Source: Callorhinchus milii
Lineage: Eukaryota
Assembly (NCBI RefSeq): GCF_018977255.1
Contig: NW_024704742.1
Location: 55,492,001-55,556,000 of the forward strand
DNA length: 64,000 nucleotides
Reading direction: 5' to 3'
The first letter of the stretch is position 1. The number at the start of each line of letters is the position of its first letter. Both the position numbers and the translations under genes were made by a program. This document shows, piece by piece, positions 38,220 to 49,086 of the stretch. The notes beneath the pieces are model-generated. The model did no database searches. It was not told the DNA's origin and worked only from the letters and a program-made list of their open reading frames with translations.

Positions 38220-39236
38220 AATGGCTTTTCCTCCAGCCCCTGCACTGTCTCGTGTGGCGTCCCTCAGGGCTCTGTCCTCAGTCCCCTCTTCTTCACCCTC
38301 TATATGCTCCCCCTGTGGTGACATCATCCGCAGATGTGGGGTTAACTTCCACATGTATGCGGATGACACCCAACCTACCTTTCCTCTTCTACCCTCAACT
38401 CCATGACCTCCGATGTCCTGACAGCTGCCTGTTCGACATCGAGTCCTGGATGAGAGACAACTTTCTTCAGCTCAACGTGCGCAAAACTGAGGCCCTCCTG
38501 ATTGGCTCGCGTCAGCGCCTCCGCACCTCAGGTACTGATACCATCAGCATCCAAGGCTGCACTCTCCACCTCTCAAAGCCGTCAGGAACCTCGGCGTTCT
38601 GTTCGACCCTGAGCTGTCCTTTCTTCCTCATATCCGCGCCACAACTGGCACCACCTTCCATCACCTCCGGAATATCACCAGACTACAGCACTACCTCACC
38701 CCTCACGCTGCTGAAACCCTGGTCCACGCTTTTATCAGCTCAAGGCTGGACTATGGGAACTCTCTCCTCGCCGGCCTTCCCGGAGCCTCCCTCCACAAGC
38801 TGCCGGTCATTCAGAACTCTACAGCTCGTGTACTGTCCCGCACCAGGCTTCGCAACCACATCACTCCCACCCTCGCTCGCCTCCACTGGCTCCCCATCCC
38901 CCAGAGGATCGAATTCAAGACCCTCATCCTCACCTACAAGGCCATTCACGGCCTCGCTCCCCCCTACCTCTCCGACCTACTATCCCCCTACTAACTTACT
39001 GGAACTCCAGTTCCAGTGCCTTCGTCTTGCTTCCTCCCTTTCCTCCTTCAAGGCCGGTCTCAAGACCTTTCTCTTCAACCATGCTTTCACCTCCCCTCTC
39101 GCTCCCTCCCTTCCCTCCCCTCACCCTGACCATTTCCCCCCTGCTCGGGTCCCGACCCAACAGTCCAGTGCCTTAGGACGTCCTCCCGATGTGAAAGGCG
39201 CTCTATAAATGCAATCTTGTTATCGTTGTTGTTGTG
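38220..39236 (+). mobile_element. L2 ORF2 RT fragment plus 3' end, frameshifted, with an internal deletion near 39000
   Basis: [12 protein letters not shown] motif, [52 protein letters not shown], and a (GTT)n tail. Confidence 0.95.
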
Positions 39237-39355
39237 GTATGGGATATATTACGTAGGTAGTTTGCGACATATGTGCATGCAACCGCCAGGAAGGTGGAAG
39301 GCGAACTAGATGGATCTGGGTATTTTTATCGTCTAGCATTTCTTATGTTCTTATG
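39237..39355 (+). mobile_element. CR1-type 3' terminal module appended to the L2 tail
   Basis: Stem ctagatgga...tcgtctag followed by ttcttatgttcttatg. Three mismatches over 111 bp to 53918-54028 (-). Confidence 0.7.
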
Positions 39356-39721
39356 AATGTGATCTGTTCCACCACCAAAGGATCAGACTTTCTTTTTCCT
39401 AACTAATATAATGTGATGGAGCCTAAAAGCAAAGTAACTTGGTGACACTGTATGAGTAGCACCTAGTCTATATTGCTTTAATGTTTTTTGACTCATCAAT
39501 TTAAGAATTATACTTTTTTACAAGTTGTTCTGTGCTGTGGTTTGTGTTGCAGAAAATGTATAGAATGCCTTTTCACAAAATGATTGCTGAATTCTCTCTA
39601 TTCCTTCTCTATGACAGGTATGGAGAAATTGCAAAAACAAGATATATTAACACAGTGATAAATACAGGTGGGTGATGGATCACTTTTTTATATCTGTATA
39701 ATGGTTGTGACCTCTCATTTT

Positions 39722-40035
39722 AGTAGCTTAGTGGTTAGAGCACTCGCCTCGCAAGTGAAAGGACCTGGGTTCTTTACTCCATGTGCCTTTGTTTACTTAG
39801 CAGTAAGAAGGAACCCGGTTGTTAGTTGATTGGCAGATTGCTTTTCCATGGGTAATAGTTCCTTAAAAAAACAATAATTTGGTCACTCAATCCATGACTG
39901 TCTGTGGGACACTGTTGTGTGCAATTGGCTGCAGCAAAATATACAGTCAATTCACTTTACAGTATATTCTGTGAAGCGCTTTGAGAAATTTTGAAGACGT
40001 GATAAGGTGCTATATCAAATGCAAGGATTATTAAT
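39722..40035 (+). mobile_element. tRNA/Meta-like/Deu SINE, long form
   Basis: tagcttagtggttagagcactcgcc head, tgtttacttagcagtaag, Deu segment and tail. Confidence 0.85.
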
Positions 40036-40429
40036 ATTAGTATTACAGTATTATGTTAGTGTACATCTTTTCATCCTCTGATGATGGCAACATAACATTG
40101 TTTAATATATTCGGCGAACTAGTATAAATGTTTTAAAAATAAACAGTGCAGAAATGCAGCCTTACTATCATTTTCTATAATAGGTCACAAATCAACCTTT
40201 AGAAATACTGCATTTCGAAAAATGTCATTCATGTTTTTAGTTTTGGTGCGGTTAATAATTAATTCATGTCTCTTACAGAGAGACCAATCAGAGCCATTTT
40301 GTCTTATATTAAAAATTTATTGCCGAACATGGTATCAGTTTAAACATATGAATAACAGCCTCCACTGTGGGAGTTGAAGTCTCCATGTTGGGATAATAAT
40401 AATAATAATAATCCTTGCATTATTATATT

Positions 40430-40995
40430 GTAGTTTCCTCACTCCTCAATCCACCACCAGGCACCTCTGTTTGACTGGAACCGGCCTCCTGCACTCTCCG
40501 CCCACCATTGGAGGTCGCGCTTTCAGCCACTACACCCCAAAATTCTGGAACATCTCCCTCAATCCCTCTGCCTTGCCCCCTCTCTCCCCTCTTTTAAGTC
40601 CCGCCTGAAAACTTTCCTGTTCGACCGTGCTTATGGCCACCTCCCTGGCTCAGAATCAGGCTCCGCCACTGTTAAGCGCTCAAGTTGTTGTTGTTTGTCT
40701 CAAAGCACTTCACTGAATATACTGTAAAGTGAATTGCCGTATATTTTGTGGGCGAAACGCGGCAGCCAATTGCGCACAGCAGTGAACCACAAACAATTTT
40801 GGATTGAGTGACCAAATTATTGTTGTTATTTATTTATTTTGAAGGGAATATTACTCCTGGAAAAGCAATCCACCAATTGACTAAAAAACAGATTCCTACA
40901 TACTGCTTGGTAAACAGAGGCGTGTGGAGTAAGGAAACTTTCGCCCTGCCGGGAATGGAACCCAGGTCCTCTCGCTTAACCACTAAGCTACAGGC
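40430..40995. mobile_element. L2 3' fragment (+, about 40430-40690) tail-to-tail with a long-form SINE (-, about 40697-40995)
   Basis: cccaccattggaggtcgcgctttcagc...ttaagtcccgcctgaaaactttcc, then the SINE Deu and Meta-like segments in reverse. Confidence 0.8.
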
Positions 40996-41804
40996 TCAAC
41001 AGCATCAGTCAGAAAAATGCAAAAGTAGCACTTTTTTTCAATAACAAATACAGTGTAAGCTTTTCACATTGCTCACAGGCTTCAAAATAGTTGCAACAGC
41101 TAATTTATCCATTATTTTTTCTAATTCAACTAATACAAATAATATACCTGATTTAGAAATGTTTACTTATTACAGTGTATACATTTTGCTCTGTCATTTA
41201 GAATGGGTATTATGCGAAACAAGATGCTTAAACAATGCAATGCAAACCTCAGAGTGGAAACCCAGTGTTCCATAACAGATATATTATTGAACATGTTATA
41301 GAATCTTATGAAAAAAAGTTTCCATCCTTCCATCCATGTGAATGTGAACCCCTCTTCTCCTATCCTGAGTCCAGAACAAAGGTTTGATCTGAAGCTGGCT
41401 CCAAGATTTCTGCACTTCCATAATAATAATATTGTATATTTATATAATATTGTATATTTTACCCATAAATATATAATCAGGTCACTTTACAGCATATTCT
41501 GTGAAGCGCTGTACAATACAAGATGTGATAAGGTGCTATATAAAATGCAAAGATTATTATTAATCATTTTTATTAATAATAATCTCATCATGTCATTCAG
41601 ATATGTTAAAGCACTTCACAGAATGTATTGTAAAGTGGATTGACTTTGTATTTTCTGGCTGAATTTTCTGCTGGTGACTGTGATTCTTGTTCCTGACCCA
41701 GAGCTGGATGTTTCAGTGTCGTTTCACAGGATACCATTGATCTAAACTAACATCCAATGATGTGGCACTGAAACATCATGACTGGTGATTGAGAAGAACA
41801 TTTT

Positions 41805-41990
41805 GGAGGAAATTCCACTTGGGTCTGGATTTACTCTATTTATATAACCTTTCAGATTTTCGCAAATTGTTGAATTCTGTCTTAATTTAAGCTGTTTCTC
41901 TCCAGTTCTTAAAAGAACTTAGAGAAGACCTGCTTAAAATTTGACAAAATCTAGATGCTCTGAAACACCAGATAAATGGAGTAAATGTTA
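41805..41990. mobile_element. Old palindromic MITE-like element, copy 3
   Basis: ggaggaaattccacttgggtctggatttactctattt...gcaaattgttgaattctgtc...aatttgacaaaatctagatgctctgaa. Confidence 0.6.
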
Positions 41991-42086
41991 TTTCTGCTTC
42001 AGTTATGACACTCAAATCAACAATTGTGCTGAAGCTGGGTGAGACGGGGGCATGGACGGTTTCACACCCACGGACCGTTTAGAAAT

Positions 42087-42407
42087 ATAATAATAATAAT
42101 AATAATCCTTGCATTTGATATAGCGCTTTTCACGTCGGGAGGACGTCCCAAAGCGCTTCACAGAGTACACTGTAAAGTGAATTGACTGTATATTTGTGGG
42201 CAAACGCGGCAGCCAATTGCGCACAGCAATGTCCCACAAACAGTCGTAGATTGAAAATGACCAATTTATTATTGTTTTTGGTTTTGGAGGGATTATTATT
42301 AGGCGTGTGGAGTAAGGAAACTTGCCCAAGGTTTCGCCCTTCCTGGAATTGAACTCAGGTCTCTCACTTGCAAAGCGAGTGCTCTAACCACTGAGCCACA
42401 GGACTCC
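42087..42407 (-). mobile_element. Young tRNA-Ala-derived Deu SINE, short form
   Basis: Near-identical to 11883-12201. Confidence 0.92.
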
Positions 42408-44704
42408 ACAGGATGGGAAAATGCTATGTTTCATAACAGATTCAATATTATTGAATTTGTTCTAAAACATTGCATAAGCACCTCCTATTTGCAAGATTTT
42501 ATGGAGCTGGAATTGTATTGGTACTTATTTATCCCAGGGAAATATGTTAAGATTACTGTTCAGTACATACCCCAACTAAGCAGTCAACAGAGCAATTTAA
42601 TTTTCAGGACCAAGCTATCATCCAGCTGCTTATATTGCAGTAATAAATCATTCTGGAGCAAAGGTCTGGAAGCTAATAGCTAAAAAAGGATTGGAGTATT
42701 TTCATTTTTTTGTTAAAAGTCTCTTGGGATCAGTGTGTTTTACACCATGTCACTGATGCAACTAACTGCTTTACCTTGCAAATTGTCTTCTGCTGTACAT
42801 GTAGACAGAGGCATCCCTGGTCAATGTCTCCTGTCAGGTTCAATCCATAAATCTGACATTTATGGTTTGCTGTGAAAATTGCAAATCATTTTTGGGCTGT
42901 GATCACTGGTGTGCATTGTTGCAAATGAGATTTAAATGAAAGCCTTTATGAAAAAAAATCTGATTGTGGAGGAGAAAATACAATGTTAGATTTTGAAACG
43001 TGTTATTTAGAAGTAAATAAAGCGAGTCTACCGCAAGGTGGAATTGAAATGTAAACTAATATATCTGCAGACGAGTTCCTGTAATTGCCTTCATTTCACA
43101 ATGCTCAAAGTTACTGTGATACTAGGCACTTGTTAGTTAACATCACTTTGGAAGTTGAGCTATGTAAAATTACTCACTCAATATATAGGTGCGTGTCCAT
43201 AGTTCACGACATTAGACTGAGCCTCAGGCAGACGTAACAGGCATAAAACATGGGAGTAAGAAATAGCAATTGTTATTCATCTGCTCGTCAATTGTCTGAA
43301 TAAACAAACATTGTAGGCAGAATGGAAAACCTTACTACTACTACTTACTGACTTTACAGAGCTTTGGAAGTGTAATAGAACTTTGAAAATATAAGCACTT
43401 ATATTTTGCCACAAATTAATCTGTGAATCATGTCCAATACGATTTGTCCAATCCGGTATCTGATTCTAAGTTGTATTAAATTGTGACAATGTGAATGCCA
43501 CATGGTTTCTGAAACATTTTGACAGGCAATTTCAGAACAAAACTTCTTAAACTATACCTGCCAAGGAAGTAATGCTTTGAGCTGCTGAAATTCTGATGGA
43601 GATTTTGCGATTAAGGTTTTCACATTCATCTTAGCTGTGGAAAACACTTGGGTTTGCCTATCTGAAGACTTCACTTTCTAAAGCACAATTGTGTAGAATT
43701 GTATGTGACTGGAACAAGCAAGTACAAGGCTAAGAAGGTCTGTCAGGTGATCTAGAACTGCCATGATCTAATGCTTGGTTCTTTATGCTTAAAATCAGTT
43801 TGAATTATGGTGAGAAAAGGAACCTTGTTTTACTATCATGACTAACAATCAGATGGAAACATAAATTGAGGAAACTTGATTTTCTACGTACCTCGTGACT
43901 GGAATATTCAAATCTCTGGGAAAGCAAAACAATTCAGACTTGTTGAAAATCTTTCAGGCGACTAAAATATTTGATCTGCGTCAGTTTCCTTGATTTTCAA
44001 ATAGGCTAGGTGAGAGAAATATTGCTTGAGGCAAATTTTTTATATCCTTTTTGTTATCCGCAGCAAACATTCTGGGCTCCTGTTAAAGTCCAGATAGGTT
44101 TTGTGAGTTTAAACTTGCAACACTAACATGTCTGTTCTGCCAATACAGCTACCTGTCGACAGATCGACAATGGTCTCTTTGAGTCTAGCAATCAGTTCTC
44201 AGCATTCCACAGTTTTTTGTTTTGTGCCTTCAGGCTACTTGTGGTCAGCCACAGTCCCCAAGTTCAATATCTATCTTTATTTAAAATGATCTATATACTG
44301 CAGATAGCAGTGCTGTTTCCAAATGTGGCACATTCAAACTTCTAATGAAAATCCCACTTAGATCTTATCCATCCTAATCTCTGTATGACATAAACACCCC
44401 CAAGCCACTTATCTTGCATGGAAGATTCAGGCTCTTGTGCTCAGTCAATTCCGAACTCCTAAGAGACTCAATAACCAAATACAAGGTTCTTGCAAACCAC
44501 CACCATTAAAGTTACCTTACTAGATTCTTCTTTATAGGATGCAACATGCACTGATTACCAAAAATAATAATCTTTTCCACCAAGTCTTTGTAAGGGGATT
44601 TCCTATAATAAAAGTTTAGTGGAAAAGATTGCTATCTTTGCCTTATTTTAGACCTTTATTATCCATGTGATAATCGAAACAGGAGCAGCTCAAACATTAA
44701 CTTA

Positions 44705-45110
44705 AAAATCATAAAAGTCACAGCATAGAAGAAAGCTACTCAGCTCATTGATCCTATGCTGCTGCCAGCTCCTCCACTGGAGCTAAATACTCTTGTCCTA
44801 ATTCCTTTTACCCTATTCTTCTTCAAATGTTTGTCCAATTTCCTTTAAATGTTATTATGGTCTCAGCCTCAATAGCCATTATGGCAAAACGTTCCATGAT
44901 CTAATAATATTTTCTGGATGAAAATGTTTCTAAACTCCTGCTTAACTCTTCCAGTCATAATCCTGAGTTTACATTTCCTTGTTACAAATACACCAGTCAG
45001 CGGGAATAATCTTTCATTATTCAGCCTTTTAAAACCTTTCTGAATTTTAAAGGCTTCTACTAGATCCCTTATATTGCAGTGGAAGCAGACCCAAATTTTA
45101 GAGCCTATCC
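44705..45110 (-). mobile_element. Degraded CR1 3' fragment
   Basis: RDLVEAFKIQKGF..ERLFPL..TR and tail remnant. Confidence 0.7.
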
Positions 45111-45429
45111 TCATAACTATTATATTGTTTGCATACAAAATATGTCCCACAAAATATACAGTCAATTCACTTTACAGTCTATTCTGTGAAGCGCTTTGAG
45201 ACGTCTTGAAGATGTGATAAGGTGCTATATCAAATGCAAGGATTATTATTATTTGTACTTTGCAGCAAAATGTTGTGCTTGTGCTATTTGAGACATTCTC
45301 CTCATACGAAAGTTGCTATCTCAAATTCAACATCAACAACAACAAATTATATTTGTACAGCACCTTACACATCAAGAGGACGTCCCCAATAAGCATCATA
45401 TTATTATTTATTAACTCCTCATTCCTGTG

Positions 45430-45762
45430 GCTGCATCCACATCAACCTGTCCACTCCCTCCGCTCAGCAGGCCTGCTCTACATTCCACAGCCGGACCGCC
45501 CCATCATCAACGGTTGGGCCTACAGCCTCTCTGTCCCCACGCTTTGTAACTCCATCCCACATTCCCTTCACCTCGCTCCCTCCCTTGCCTCCTTCAAGGC
45601 ACATCTCAAGACCCTCCTCTTAGACCGCTCCATCGGCCACCCTCCTACACTCCCTGGCCTCCACTCTCCCTGACCCCTACCCTCCTGCTCAGGTCCAAAT
45701 CCGTGACTGTCCAGCGCTTTGGGACCTCCGAACGTGAAAGGTGCTGTACAAATATTTTTTTG
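45430..45762 (+). mobile_element. L2 3' fragment
   Basis: PVHSLRSAGLL..PIINGWAYS..SFKAHLKTLL and tail gcgctttgggacctccgaacgtgaaaggtgct. Confidence 0.85.
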
Positions 45763-46262
45763 TATTTGTATTGCAATGTGTTTTATCTACAGAATGTGCT
45801 GCATAAAACTCACTAACCTGGCTTCAACAGCACTTTCCATGACCTATGCCATCCAAAAGCACAAGAACAACAAAATCATGGGGCCACCACCTCCAATTCC
45901 CTACCAATCACTCACCATCCTCACTTGGATATATTTCACTGTTGCTGTGTTAAAATCCTGTAACATTCCCAACACTGTCATGGGAATGCCATCACTTCAA
46001 GAACAGCAGTGGTTTAAAAAGCATAACCAGCACTAACTTCTCAGGCCACCAAAGATGGGTAATGAATGCTGGCCCTGTCAACGTCACTTACACCCTGAGG
46101 CAGAGAAAAAATCCTCAGTTAACTCTTTCAGATGAAAACAAAGTCAGGTTTCTTGGTTTGAGAGTTTTAGACATGTCATCTGTGATGCAGCTATGCATCT
46201 GAATCTGGGAATATAGGGGTATGCGGAAGGCTCATGTGGAGTATAAACACCAGCATTGAGTA

Positions 46263-46721
46263 CAAAAACAGCAGTCGCTGGGAACACTCAGCAGGTCAGG
46301 CAGCATCTATGGTGAAAGGAAAGTGAGTCAACAGAGGTGTTCAGCAAATCGGTCACCCAATCGGCGTTTCGTCTCCCCAATGTAGAGGAGACCACATCAT
46401 GAGCAGCGAATGCAGTAAACTATATTGGTGGTAGTACATGCAAATCGCTATCTCACTTGAAATCTGTGTTTGGGGCACTGGACAGTGGTATGGGAGGAGG
46501 TAAAAGGGCAAGTATTGCATCTCCTGTGCTGGCATGGGAAGATGCTGGGGGGAGGAGAGCAACTGTTGGTGGTGATGGAGGAATGAACTAGGGAGTCACG
46601 GAGGGAATAGTTCCTTCAGAATGCTGAGAGGGGAGGAGAGGGAAAGGTATGTTTAGTGGTTGGATCACACTGGAGGTGCCGGAAATGGCAGAGAATTATT
46701 TGTTGGGAAAACAACTACTAA
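46263..46721 (-). mobile_element. Penelope-like element (Neptune-type) relic: Cys-rich linker, GIY-YIG endonuclease and pLTR piece
   Basis: Minus-strand translation ILCHFRHLQCDPTTKHTFPSPPLSAF*RNYSLRDSLVHS...FPCQHRRCNTCPF...NIVYCIRCS*CGLLYIGETKRRLGDRFAEHL. 9-bp flanking duplication cattgagta (46254-46262 and 46722-46730). Inserted into a CR1 tail. Confidence 0.9.
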
Positions 46722-48879
46722 CATTGAGTAGATGAGTTGAATGGCCTGTTTGGTGCTGTAGATTCTATGTAATTCTATTTGATTGGCAGGAAAATAAGCA
46801 TTTTAAACGGGGTGGGTGAAATTGTGATGTATGATGTGTTAATTGACAGCACCAGAACTAATTAATACATTGTTGGCAATAATGATTAGTTGATGTGTCC
46901 TCCCGATGTGAAAGGCGCTCTATAAATGTAATTTTGTTGTGGTTATTGTCATAATGGACTGTTCAGCAGGCATGTTGGAGATAGTATCCTCCCCCTCATC
47001 CTGGACACCATTAACAATGATTGTGCCTGGAAGGTAACTATTTTGTGTTTGGACTTCCAACTATTGGATCAAATTATTGTACTCACAGTTATAAAGTTAC
47101 TAATGAATACATCAGATCGTTCAGGTCAACATTACAAACTGCAAGATCCTACTGGCAAGTTGACCTCAATGAAGCTTTGTATCCAAATTTATTTGCTTTT
47201 TCTGCCTTCAGCAAACTTGATGCTTGGCATCAGGTACAAAGAGCTTTCTGTGTCTCTCTAATGATTGTTTTTTGTGAGTGGCTGAGGTTAGACTATGAGG
47301 GTTTGGCAGCCTCAGAAGCTGATCAGCATGTGTCTGAGACTCACTTGAATGCATGTCGCTGTAGGAGTCATGAGATATTGATCTATAGTGAGAATCCTCG
47401 CTGATTTTTTCCCTAATTTAACCAATTGCAACATCCATGTGACTGTTCCAGCTGAGTGTGTTAATTTAGCACAGATCAAATATGGGGCCTTCCTAATCTC
47501 TACATTGCACAGTACCTCACCATACTGACCATATACAATTTTGTTACAGGCTACTTTTCAGGTTACTATCTCTTCTGCCAACAAAAGTGGAGTGATAACA
47601 TATAAATTACACAACTATAGCCTATTTTGTAAGGACTTTGACCAACAGGAGATTTTGAGAGAAACTCTACAAGACCTGTCAATCAAAAAGCCTCCTGGCC
47701 AATTCCACTTTTTAGCGGAATCCCAAAGGCATCCGATACACATCTCCACTCTGACCACTGATAGAATGCTAAATCTCACAGAAACATCCACTTGTACAAA
47801 GTGAAGAATTGTACAGCCCCCAGCCTGTTTTTCAACCATTACAAACCTTAAAGACCTACTGTAACATTGCAGCCTGCAAATCAGACTTGAGGTTTCAACA
47901 AGACTGCTCTGAAGGTGCAAGAATGAGAGGGAGTGAATGTATGTAAGTGTGAGAGGGGAACGAGAGCTGAAAAACAAGAGTGAGTGAGTTTTGTGCACAA
48001 GAAAGTGTGTGAGGGAAGAGAAACAAGGGAAAGAGCAAGTGAGTGCGAGATAATTTGCAAAGATGGAGAGGCAAAGACTCGCATAGAAAGGCTGAAGAGA
48101 GAGAAAACAAAAATATACGTATGCTTTTATTGCCTTTATTTCTGTTAGCCCTCCTCCATATTGACCATTCAGGGTCTGTCCACTCTACTGGTTATATTAC
48201 AGTCCATGTATTTGGTATGGTACCTTATTGTGTTGAAATGTCTCAAAGTGCTTCAAAACATTTTCTGTAAAGTGTAGTGACTGTGTAGGTGAGCCCAGAA
48301 TATCTACCCACAGAACCATCCAGAGATTCCAAATTACCTTTTGATGAAACTTTCCTTTTAAATTTTGAACAAGCAGCACTGTTCATTTGAGGCAACAGCT
48401 GGCTTTGGATAGATTTGTTTGACTCCTATATGTTAGTTTAATTTGATTTCTAGTCTAGATTCATGCTCATTTCTAAAGCATAACTCATATCCTTCAGAAA
48501 TGTTGACTGAGTTTTCCAGATAATGTAGCATATCCAACATTTCCCTCAGGGAACTCAATCTGTCTATAATTTTTTTTATTGACTTCAGCAGCGTTTACAC
48601 GCTTTCCTGGGTCATGGTACATTACAAGTTATGTGATTTCTCAGATACATAAATGAAACTTACATACTTCTGCAGATTTTGGTAGGACTAGGCTTTCAGG
48701 GGGCTGACAGACTCAGAGTCATTCATTCAATCATGACTTTTTCTTGTTTTATCATCTTGTAAGGCAAGTTCCCAGATTAGTAAGGAGATGAGAGCAAGGT
48801 TGTCTGGTTATTCATGTAATCATTTCTTGTAAAGATTGCATCTACTAATATCTATTTAATTTCCAAAATGTTTTCATCT

Positions 48880-49086
48880 AACTTATGGAACTCACTCATG
48901 GAAGCTGTGGTTGAAGCAAAAGGCCTCAATATATTTAAGAGGAAACTTGATGGATACATGAAGGAGAATTGTCTAAATGGGTATAGGAGAACAGAATAGG
49001 AGGATGGAGGCTCATGTGGATTTTAAACACCAGCATGAGCTAGTTGGACTGAATTGACTGTTTCTCTGCCATATTATTCTATGTAA
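48880..49086 (+). mobile_element. CR1 3' end
   Basis: LWNSL..AVVEA..IFKRKLDGYM and gttggactgaattgactgtttctctg..ttctatgtaa. Confidence 0.75.

Noticed and set aside
38252..39208. 318-aa ORF (and the 283-aa ORF at 54060-54911) as host genes or functional RT
   Set aside because: They are L2 ORF2 read partly in frame and then out of frame after frameshifts, giving Ser/Pro-rich nonsense, and both elements are 5'-truncated.
42775..42869. 95-nt minus-strand candidate exon (NHKCQIYGLNLTGDIDQG...)
   Set aside because: Unrecognised peptide, and phase-incompatible with the 56-kb candidate (gives stops).
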